A stretch of DNA of 26,881 nucleotides from an uncultured bacterium (GTDB taxonomy: Bacteria; CAIJMQ01): positions 1 through 26,881 of the forward strand of contig CAZNJA010000015.1 of assembly GCA_964573245.1 (NCBI GenBank), written 5' to 3'. The notes under the pieces are model-generated. The model worked only from the letters and a program-made list of their open reading frames with translations, ran no database searches and was not told the origin of the DNA. The translations under genes were made by a program, and so were the position numbers. Numbering within the stretch: position 1 is the first letter of the stretch; each line of letters starts with the position of its first letter. This document shows, piece after piece, positions 20,439 through 26,881 of this stretch.

Positions 20439-20451
20439 GAAAAGGAATGGA

Positions 20452-20536
20452 CCTCGCATCGTAAGACGTCGGGAAAATTTTGAAGAAATTTCTGAAAAAT
20501 TTCCTGAATAGATATTTTCCTCGATACTCTGCGGGG
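20452..20536. repeat. Palindromic element; reverse complement begins CCCCGCAG
   Basis: CCTCGCA..TCGGGAAAAT..ATTTTCCTCGA..TGCGGGG; homologous to 6703-6786 in inverted orientation. Confidence 0.7.
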
Positions 20537-20569
20537 TAATTTAAACGCGGTTTAAATTAGGAGGTTAAT

Positions 20570-20722
20570 ATGAAGAAGAACAAAGTTATTGGCGTACTGC
20601 TACTGGTTTTAGCGGTTGCTACGATTGGGGGCATGATTATTGACAATGATATCTTTTGGACTATTTATAATTGGGCAGTAATAGTACTTTCTGTGATAGG
20701 CGGTATTGTTTTATTGAAATAA
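20570..20722 (+). CDS. 50-aa two-helix membrane peptide, copy 2 (not in ORF track)
   Basis: GGAGG SD; MKKNKVIGVLLLVLAVATIGGMIIDNDIFWTIYNWAVIVLSVIGGIVLLK; 41/50 aa identical to copy 1. Confidence 0.8.
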   Translation: MKKNKVIGVLLLVLAVATIGGMIIDNDIFWTIYNWAVIVLSVIGGIVLLK

Positions 20723-20726
20723 AATT

Positions 20727-21167
20727 ATGATAAATGAATTTATGCAAGCGGCTATAGAAGAAGCTAAAAAAGGATTAAGTGAGGGAGGGATACCCATAGG
20801 TGCCGTTATTGTTTACGGCGGGAAGATAATCGGACGGGGGCATAACAGGCGTGTGCAGAAAGGAAGCGCTATTTTGCACGCCGAGATGGATGCTTTTGAA
20901 AACGCAAAGCGCCGGCCGGTATCAGTGTATAGAGAGTGCGTTTTATATACTACGCTTTCACCATGCCCGATGTGTTCGGGCGCCATAATATTGTATGGTA
21001 TCAAGCGGATTGTTATCGGCGAGAATAAGACGTTTATGGGAGACGAAGAATATCTGGGGTCAAAAGGTGTAAATGTGGAAGTGTTACAGGATGAAACGTG
21101 CATAGCGATGATGCGAAAATTTATCAGCGAAAATCCAAAGCTTTGGAACGAGGATATAGGAGTTTAA
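20727..21167 (+). CDS. Zinc-dependent nucleoside/cytosine deaminase
   Basis: EGGIPIGAV, GHNRRVQ, HAE, LSPCPMC, WNEDIG (yeast-type cytosine deaminase-like). Confidence 0.9.
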   Translation: MINEFMQAAIEEAKKGLSEGGIPIGAVIVYGGKIIGRGHNRRVQKGSAILHAEMDAFENAKRRPVSVYRECVLYTTLSPCPMCSGAIILYGIKRIVIGENKTFMGDEEYLGSKGVNVEVLQDETCIAMMRKFISENPKLWNEDIGV

Positions 21168-21186
21168 ATAAAAAGGGTCAGGTCTT
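21166..21186 (+). repeat. Junction motif copy AAATAAAAAGGGTCAGGTCTT
   Basis: Overlaps the deaminase stop; 20/21 identical to 18226-18246. Confidence 0.75.
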
Positions 21187-21189
21187 GTT

Positions 21190-21678
21190 ATGATTGAGAG
21201 AAGGAAAGAAAGTGAAGTGAAAATATGGATTTTCTTTGTGCTTTTTCTGCTCTATAACATTATCAGCGGGGTTATTTTTTGCTTTACATCAGGTGGATGG
21301 ACAGTGTTATCCGTCTTATCTTTTGTGGGGAATGGCTATCTTTTAATTACAGTTATAGTGTTCATAAGAATATTAATCTTGCAAATATCTAACAGGCGGT
21401 ATATCTCCATTCCCAAAAGAAAACTCTGCATTTTAGCTGTGCTTCAAATACTTGCGATACTATTTAATTATGGAGATTGTGGAGACACATCAGGTAGTTA
21501 TAGTTTTTTCGAAAGGATATTAGGCATAAATGGATGGACTGCGTGTAAAGAACCCCTTTTGGGGGTATTGGCAATTCCTATCTCAATAAGCTTTTTTACA
21601 ATATATTTTCTGTTTCTGATTTATGTTTTATTTTTGATATTGTTGTTCAAAGCAAGAAAAACAGAGTCCAAAACTTAA
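21190..21678 (+). CDS. Hypothetical membrane protein with about 4 TM segments
   Basis: Four hydrophobic segments and a GDCGD loop motif; true start may be GTG at 21217. Confidence 0.65.
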   Translation: MIERRKESEVKIWIFFVLFLLYNIISGVIFCFTSGGWTVLSVLSFVGNGYLLITVIVFIRILILQISNRRYISIPKRKLCILAVLQILAILFNYGDCGDTSGSYSFFERILGINGWTACKEPLLGVLAIPISISFFTIYFLFLIYVLFLILLFKARKTESKT

Positions 21679-21688
21679 TATTTAACAC

Positions 21689-21750
21689 CCCCACAGTCCG
21701 CCTCGCCAAACTTTGGCGGGCGAGACTAGACGCGGGGACTTTGGGTTTTG
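21689..21750. repeat. Bulged hairpin with a nested CGCCAAA-C-TTTGGCG palindrome
   Basis: CCCCACAG TCCGCC ... GGCGAGA CT AGAC GCGGGG ACTTTGGGTTTTG. Confidence 0.75.
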
Positions 21751-21778
21751 GATAATTAAAAGCGGAGGAAGGTGCATT

Positions 21779-22651
21779 ATGAATAGATTTATTCAATTGG
21801 CAATCGCGTTTTTATTCGTAACAGCGGTACTGATGTTTGGATGTATTCTTCCGTCATTTGCCGCTGATTTGCAAGTGTTCTCCAATGCGAAATTGATAAA
21901 TAATCCAGCGAATGACGGAGACAGCTTTCTTGTAGAAGCTAATGGAAAATCTTTACATATTTGCCTTTACTTTGTTGATTGTCCCGAAAGTTCTGCCAAC
22001 TCTGATGCCGATGCCCAGCGGGTCCGAGAACAGACGCGTTATTTCGGATTGTCTGATGTATCGCGTACCATCCATTTTGGTAAAGAAGCAAAAGCTTTTA
22101 CCGAACACGCTCTTGCACAACCTTTTACTATTTATACGGCTTTCGCGAATACCTTGGGAAGGTCATCTGTAGGCCGAGTATATGGGTTTATTACTACCTG
22201 TGACGGAAAAGATTTGGCGAGTCTACTCGTTAAAAATGGTTTTGCCCGTGCTTACGAAACGGGTAGGCAGACACCTGATGGATTATCGCGCGACGAAATG
22301 AGCGCTAGATTTCGGGATTTTGAGGTTTCGGCGATATTAAAACGTGTTGGCATTTGGTCACAGAGCGACCCGGATAGGATTGCCGAACTTCGCGCTAAAC
22401 AACGCAACGAAGAACAGGAATTAGATGAATTAAAAGAACAAATTAAAGAATCTTTATCTCCCAAGAGTCCACTTGACCTGAATACTGCTAATAAAAAAGA
22501 ACTTATGTCTGTTAAAGGAATTGGTCCTGTTCTTGCCGAAAGAATTATAGCCGCTCGTCCCTATAAAACCGTGGACGCTTTACTGAAGGTAAGAGGAATC
22601 GGCCCTAAAAATCTTGAAAAGTTTCGTCCTTATTTTATAATAGGCAAATAA
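21779..22651 (+). CDS. Secreted thermonuclease (SNase)-fold protein with a C-terminal ComEA-type helix-hairpin-helix domain
   Basis: Signal peptide; NDGDSF, LYFVDCPE, GRVYG, LLVKNGFAR; LDLNTA..EL..VKGIGPVLAERII..RPY..L.KVRGIG; SD GGAGG. Confidence 0.85.
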   Translation: MNRFIQLAIAFLFVTAVLMFGCILPSFAADLQVFSNAKLINNPANDGDSFLVEANGKSLHICLYFVDCPESSANSDADAQRVREQTRYFGLSDVSRTIHFGKEAKAFTEHALAQPFTIYTAFANTLGRSSVGRVYGFITTCDGKDLASLLVKNGFARAYETGRQTPDGLSRDEMSARFRDFEVSAILKRVGIWSQSDPDRIAELRAKQRNEEQELDELKEQIKESLSPKSPLDLNTANKKELMSVKGIGPVLAERIIAARPYKTVDALLKVRGIGPKNLEKFRPYFIIGK

Positions 22652-22652
22652 T

Positions 22653-22675
22653 AAATAAAAACAGTCCCAAATCTT
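22653..22675 (+). repeat. Junction motif variant AAATAAAAACAGTCCCAAATCTT
   Basis: Identical to 20416-20438; starts immediately after the nuclease stop. Confidence 0.8.
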
Positions 22676-22694
22676 AAAAAAGGAGGGAAATAGA

Positions 22695-22895
22695 ATGAGC
22701 AAAGTTGAAAAGTTGGTGAATGTCGGCACTCCATTTTTATTCGGTATGGTTCTTATTTTTGGCGGGCTGATTATGGGAAAGAATCCCGAAAAGATATTAT
22801 ATGCATTGATGGCAATCTGCACGGGTTTTATTTGTCTGTCTATCGCTTCAGTATGTTCAATTTTAGTAAGGATTTTAGAAAATAAAAAGGACTGA
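22695..22895 (+). CDS. Small 2-TM hypothetical protein
   Basis: Strong SD AGGAGG; two hydrophobic segments. Confidence 0.7.
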   Translation: MSKVEKLVNVGTPFLFGMVLIFGGLIMGKNPEKILYALMAICTGFICLSIASVCSILVRILENKKD

Positions 22896-22910
22896 AAAGG
22901 GAGGTGTTTT

Positions 22911-23153
22911 ATGACGATTGATGTTATAAAGCAGGTGTTTTTTTGGTGTTTTGTTATTAATATGGGTATGCTTTTGTGGTGGTTTCTGGCTATCATATTA
23001 ATGCATGATTTTGTTTACAGAATGCATAGTAAGTGGTTCAAGATGTCTGTGGAAAAGTTTGATTCTATTCATTATTTGGGGATGGCTATTTTTAAGATAC
23101 TTATATTTGTCTTCAATCTTGTTCCATACATTGCATTAAGTATTGTTAGATAA
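22911..23153 (+). CDS. DUF6868-like small membrane protein
   Basis: FFWCFVINMGMLLWW...H.KWFKMS.EKFDSIHY.GMA.FKI....FNLVPYIAL; SD GGAGG. Confidence 0.8.
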   Translation: MTIDVIKQVFFWCFVINMGMLLWWFLAIILMHDFVYRMHSKWFKMSVEKFDSIHYLGMAIFKILIFVFNLVPYIALSIVR

Positions 23154-23168
23154 AATAAAATACCTAAC

Positions 23169-23212
23169 CCCCATAGTCCGCCATAAATACAAGGGCGAGA
23201 CTAAATATGGGG
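23169..23212. repeat. Bulged hairpin, close relative of 21689-21737
   Basis: CCCCATAG TCCGCC ... GGCGAGA CT AAAT ATGGGG. Confidence 0.75.
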
Positions 23213-23258
23213 TAAACGCAGATTTGGTTTTTATAAAATTGAAAGCTGGGAGGAGAAA

Positions 23259-25235
23259 ATGGCAAAAGAAAAAAACTTTGTTCGGATTTTCAAAACAGTA
23301 CAGGAATTGAAGTATGGAGCAAAATTCTACAAAGCTGATTTACATTTTCATACTCCTGCTTCTGAAGATGCACGGGGCAAAAACCGCTACAATTTCAATC
23401 CATACAAAGTAAAATATCCAACGAAAAAAAGAGGTTCTGATTATCGTAAAGCGGTAGAGGAGATACAGAAAAAGATTTTGGCTGATGCACGTAAAATTGC
23501 ATCGGATATAGTGCGCCGCTTTATTGAAGTAAATCTGTCAGTAGTTGCTGTTACCGACCACAATGGAATCGGGACGATTTGGAATGATGATGAATCCGGT
23601 AAGAGATTAATGGATTTAGCCGCTCCTACTTGGTATGAACTTATTGACGATGAGGCGCAGAAAATCAACGATAATGCTGGTAAGAAAGTGTTAACCATTT
23701 TACCCGGGACCGAAATTAGCACGACCGGAATTCATATTTTAGCTATTTTTCCGCCGCAAAGTCCTAGAAGAAAAATTCATTTCATAATCTGTGACCTCTT
23801 GAATGAAGTGGGCTTTGCTATTGATGATTGGGGTAAAAATCCCAAAGTTGGGACAGTGAGCCCATTTAACACAATTAGTCTTATTGTTAAGAAGGGAGGT
23901 GTTCCAATACTGGCGCATATTGATGGCAGCGACCAGGCAATTTTGAGATTATATAGAATAAATAGCGGTGCAATGAAGAATGTGCTTCTCCATAAGCAAT
24001 TATCTGCTGTTGAGATAGTAAAGCCGTCACGTTTTACAAAAAAAGATAATAAGTTGAAAAAACCACTTAAAGACTGGATGGATGCATTGCGATTGAAAGA
24101 AGGATTATCGCCCCTTGCTTTTTTTCAGGGTTCTGATGCACATGATATTCCCACTATTGCTAAGAGGCATACATATATCAAGATGACCGAGCCGTCTTTT
24201 TCGGGTGTTAAGACGGCAATTAAAATGCCTTCTTCTCGACTTAGAATTTCCGGCGTAGATACATCGCAGTTTGAAGGATTATACATTCACAGCTTTGCAG
24301 TAAATAATCCGTTCTTTGGTAAGCAGATTGTGAGGTTTAATCGTCATGCGAATTGTGTTGCTGGTAACAAAGGTGCGGGAAAATCGTATGCTTTCAATTT
24401 GATGCAAGCAGTCACCGATACCAACCTGCCTAATGTTGAGGGGGAAGTAACTCTTTTGCTTGAGAAGATAAAGAATGGAACATCACAATTTTATGCATTT
24501 TCGCGTAGTGAGAAAGGAGGCAGTGGCAGGTTATATCTGCTAAATCGCAAAACAGGTTCAGCCCAAAAAATTGGTTTGGAAAAAGCAGATGAGTTGCACA
24601 TAAGACCAAAATTTTATGATCCAGAGAGAATGGAAGGTATAGTTTCTTCAAAGGAAGAATTAAATGCTTTTTTGATTAAACATTTTGGGAAGCCCTCAGT
24701 GAATAATATCAATTGTTTTAATAGTATGTTTTCAATTCCAAATTTTTTGAAAGAGCAAAATACTCCTTTGTTTGTACTTGAATCAAATCAAGAGGGGTAC
24801 AATCTCTCTGTTAATGCTCAGTGGCATATTAACAAAATGAAAACGAGGGATTTCTTTACCCTGAACAAAAGCCTGCGAAGGACTGTGTTGATGTGTGTAA
24901 TTATAATTATCAGTGAGTTTGGTCCAGTTATCATCGATGCACCAGAAGAGCATTTTGATAATGAGGATATTGCAAATTTTCTTGTGCCTATAATCAAAAG
25001 ATATAAAGATTACCGACAAGTAATTCTATTTACTAATAATCCATTATTGGCTGTTAATACAGACCCCGACAATTATATTCTGTTGAGAACTCAAGGAGAA
25101 AAATTTAAAAATTTGGTGTCTGGTTTTGCTATTGATGATGAACAACAAAAGACTCAGCTGTTAAATATAATGGAAGGGAATCTATATTCTTTCAATAAAC
25201 GTGCTGAGAAATATGAAAGCAGTGATGAATTATAA
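23259..25235 (+). CDS. PHP-domain phosphoesterase fused to an ABC/SMC-type ATPase (TrlF/Ppl-like)
   Basis: DLHFHTP, VTDHN, GTEI...HIL, AHID, GSDAH; Walker A GNKGAGKS; Walker B PVIIDAPEEHFDN; C-terminal MEG...F.KR..KY. Confidence 0.8.
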   Translation: MAKEKNFVRIFKTVQELKYGAKFYKADLHFHTPASEDARGKNRYNFNPYKVKYPTKKRGSDYRKAVEEIQKKILADARKIASDIVRRFIEVNLSVVAVTDHNGIGTIWNDDESGKRLMDLAAPTWYELIDDEAQKINDNAGKKVLTILPGTEISTTGIHILAIFPPQSPRRKIHFIICDLLNEVGFAIDDWGKNPKVGTVSPFNTISLIVKKGGVPILAHIDGSDQAILRLYRINSGAMKNVLLHKQLSAVEIVKPSRFTKKDNKLKKPLKDWMDALRLKEGLSPLAFFQGSDAHDIPTIAKRHTYIKMTEPSFSGVKTAIKMPSSRLRISGVDTSQFEGLYIHSFAVNNPFFGKQIVRFNRHANCVAGNKGAGKSYAFNLMQAVTDTNLPNVEGEVTLLLEKIKNGTSQFYAFSRSEKGGSGRLYLLNRKTGSAQKIGLEKADELHIRPKFYDPERMEGIVSSKEELNAFLIKHFGKPSVNNINCFNSMFSIPNFLKEQNTPLFVLESNQEGYNLSVNAQWHINKMKTRDFFTLNKSLRRTVLMCVIIIISEFGPVIIDAPEEHFDNEDIANFLVPIIKRYKDYRQVILFTNNPLLAVNTDPDNYILLRTQGEKFKNLVSGFAIDDEQQKTQLLNIMEGNLYSFNKRAEKYESSDEL

Positions 25236-25320
25236 TAATTTGTACAGAAGAAGACTTGTAAAGACTAAAAGGTGCAGGCAAATTCATTTTTTGTGTAATT
25301 GAAAAAGAAAAGGGGGAGAC

Positions 25321-25878
25321 ATGAAGATATTCAGAAATATAGGTTCGCTGGCTTTTGTGCTTGGCTTGTTCGTTGTAGTGTTTGCGGGGGTCCCTTGGCA
25401 TGTAATAGTTTTCGATGACCCGGTTGTGCCATTGTGGCTGAGGACAGCTATTTTCTGTCTTCTTGGAGGCATCCTTTTAGTTCTGTTAACAGTGGCTCTT
25501 GAACAGAGAAAATACAAAACATTAGGGAAGGGGCCATTGTCCGGTGAATCCGGCGGCAAGGTTATGCTTTTGAATTCCGAAGAAGTACCTGACCGCAAAG
25601 CGCAGCAAGTTCTCGGGCTTGTTCAGGGACATACTGTGTTCGCTATCTGGCTTGGAAAGGATTTATCTGCGATGATAAGGCTTATTCTTGGCGGAGAATT
25701 AACCGAATACACAGAGATGATGGGAAAAGCCCGGACAATGGCAACTAATAGGATGGTTGCCCAAGCGTCTAAAATGGGAGCGGATGCAGTAATAAATGTC
25801 CGTTATATGACTACCAGTGTTGTGGGAAGTGCGGCTGAACTTTTGGTTTATGGAACAGCTGTCAAGCTAAGCAAATAG
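25321..25878 (+). CDS. YbjQ/UPF0145 (putative heavy-metal-binding) domain protein with 2 N-terminal TMs
   Basis: LGLVQG, GGELTEYTEMM.KAR..A..RM..A..MGADAVINVRY, ELLVYGTAVK. Confidence 0.88.
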   Translation: MKIFRNIGSLAFVLGLFVVVFAGVPWHVIVFDDPVVPLWLRTAIFCLLGGILLVLLTVALEQRKYKTLGKGPLSGESGGKVMLLNSEEVPDRKAQQVLGLVQGHTVFAIWLGKDLSAMIRLILGGELTEYTEMMGKARTMATNRMVAQASKMGADAVINVRYMTTSVVGSAAELLVYGTAVKLSK

Positions 25879-25989
25879 GTTTTGATATCTGTTGGCTGCA
25901 AAAGGTCAGGCCTTTAAATGACACATGACCCTTGTTGGATGAAAAAATTAACGAAATTATGAAATTTCGGATAAATCGGAGGATAGGAA

Positions 25990-26202
25990 ATGTCAATAAA
26001 AATTGATTATGAAAAATGTTGTTGGAAAGACGGCAAATGCACGTCTTGTGAATGCGGCGGGGAATGTGATGGTTGTGTTAGCGCCTGTCCGGTTGACGCG
26101 CTGGAACGGAAAATGAAATTGGAATATGATGAGGAAGCGTGCACTGATTGCGGGGCGTGTGTTGACGCCTGCGAACACAAAGCAATTACGTTGATTGAAT
26201 AA
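25990..26202 (+). CDS. Cys-rich 4Fe-4S dicluster ferredoxin
   Basis: CDGCVSACP and CTDCGACVDAC motifs; SD GGAGG. Confidence 0.88.
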   Translation: MSIKIDYEKCCWKDGKCTSCECGGECDGCVSACPVDALERKMKLEYDEEACTDCGACVDACEHKAITLIE

Positions 26203-26218
26203 TTGGAGGGGAATTAGT

Positions 26219-26716
26219 ATGAAAAAAACTCTTGTAATATTAATGTTGGGGATTTTTATCGCTTTACAATGTGGGTGTGTTAATGAAAAGAGCTATCTGG
26301 AGGGTGACGTATGGACCCTGGTTGATTCAATAAGCAAAGAGTCGAGAGAAGCGTTTTTGGCAGGTGATATTGATAAAGCAATGGAATGTTATTGCGAAGA
26401 TGTCGTAGTAATGTCTGATTTTCATATAACGGTAAAAGGCAAGTCTAAACTTAAATACATGTTGAAGAGTATCGAATCAACGGATATGAGGTTTAAATCG
26501 CTTGAGTCGGAAAGTATTGAAGTGCAACGCAGTGGTGATTTTGTTTATGAAACCGGGAGGTTTAGCCAGACCGAGGTTATGACGGATTCAGATGAGCTTT
26601 TGGAACAAACCGGGAAATATTTAACGATTTGGAGAGAAGGGGCCGATGGAAAGCTGAAGATAGCTGTCGAAGTATATAGTAATAACGAAAATCCTGTTAA
26701 AAAGGGGAATGCTTAA
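26219..26716 (+). CDS. DUF4440/SnoaL (NTF2-like) domain lipoprotein
   Basis: MKK + hydrophobic + QCGC; AFLAGD..Y.ED.V, SGDFVYETG, GKYLTIWR...DG.LKI; SD GGAGG. Confidence 0.8.
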   Translation: MKKTLVILMLGIFIALQCGCVNEKSYLEGDVWTLVDSISKESREAFLAGDIDKAMECYCEDVVVMSDFHITVKGKSKLKYMLKSIESTDMRFKSLESESIEVQRSGDFVYETGRFSQTEVMTDSDELLEQTGKYLTIWREGADGKLKIAVEVYSNNENPVKKGNA

Positions 26717-26792
26717 TTCATATATCCATATTTTTGACTTCTAATCGGTTTCTGTAGTAAAGTAAAAATCAACAAATTATAGGAGACCTTAA

Positions 26793-26881
26793 ATGAAAAT
26801 GGAGTTAAAAAAGAATTGTGCTTATTCTTTACTTGTCCCTACAAGTATGGGTGTTCGCCTTATTCCCGTTGATAGACAGCC
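26793..26881 (+). CDS. Truncated N-terminus, possibly of a PfkB-family sugar kinase
   Basis: SD AGGAG; MKMELKKNCAYSLLVPTSMGVRLIPVDRQ, open to the window edge; product recalled from the PTSMGVR motif only. Confidence 0.45.
   Translation, partial: MKMELKKNCAYSLLVPTSMGVRLIPVDRQ

Noticed and set aside
16850-20722. Diversity-generating retroelement (Avd-like gene near a CLec/FGE-domain gene, plus a near-duplicate sequence)
   Set aside because: No reverse transcriptase in the window and no template repeat of the FGE 3' region seen. Only 8 of 16 differences between the duplicated peptide genes are at adenines of copy 1, so they are not A-specific.
21713-21778. N-terminal extension of the nuclease ORF (similarly the ORF-track starts at 9224, 10588 and 26195)
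   Set aside because: The extensions run through repeat DNA or upstream sequence; the downstream ATGs fit better with SD sites, signal peptides or the conserved N-terminus
18225-26881. Classical integron/CALIN with attC sites
   Set aside because: RYYYAAC-like boxes precede two hairpins (ATTTAAC 21680, ACCTAAC 23162), but no matching GTTRRRY closes them, and no intI is present. An IntegronFinder run would settle it.

Overview
AT-rich bacterial chromosomal window in two parts. (1) 1-18117 is housekeeping DNA: site-2 protease, UvrD/PcrA helicase and a small beta-barrel gene (-); murB-ftsQ-ftsA-ftsZ-glyA, a secreted alpha/beta hydrolase and tgt-yajC-secD-secF (+); cmk, a four-helix-bundle gene, mnmE and plsC (-). 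Many gene junctions hold hairpins built from inverted arrays of 7-nt tandem repeats. One such pair of arms encloses the four-helix-bundle (IVS/Avd-like) gene, and two others look like gene-less copies of that element. (2) About 18225-26881 is a run of unrelated, co-oriented (+) accessory genes. Several junctions share an AAATAAAAAC(G/A)GTC..TCTT motif at or next to the upstream stop codon, and/or a bulged CCCC..GGGG hairpin. This looks like a cassette array, but there are no canonical attC sites and no integrase in the window. Other oddities: FtsZ lacks the catalytic T7-loop Asp, SecD has a Rho-N-like insert, cmk and murB carry in-frame palindromes, and a 50-aa membrane peptide is duplicated. 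All family assignments come from motif recognition by eye; no searches were run.
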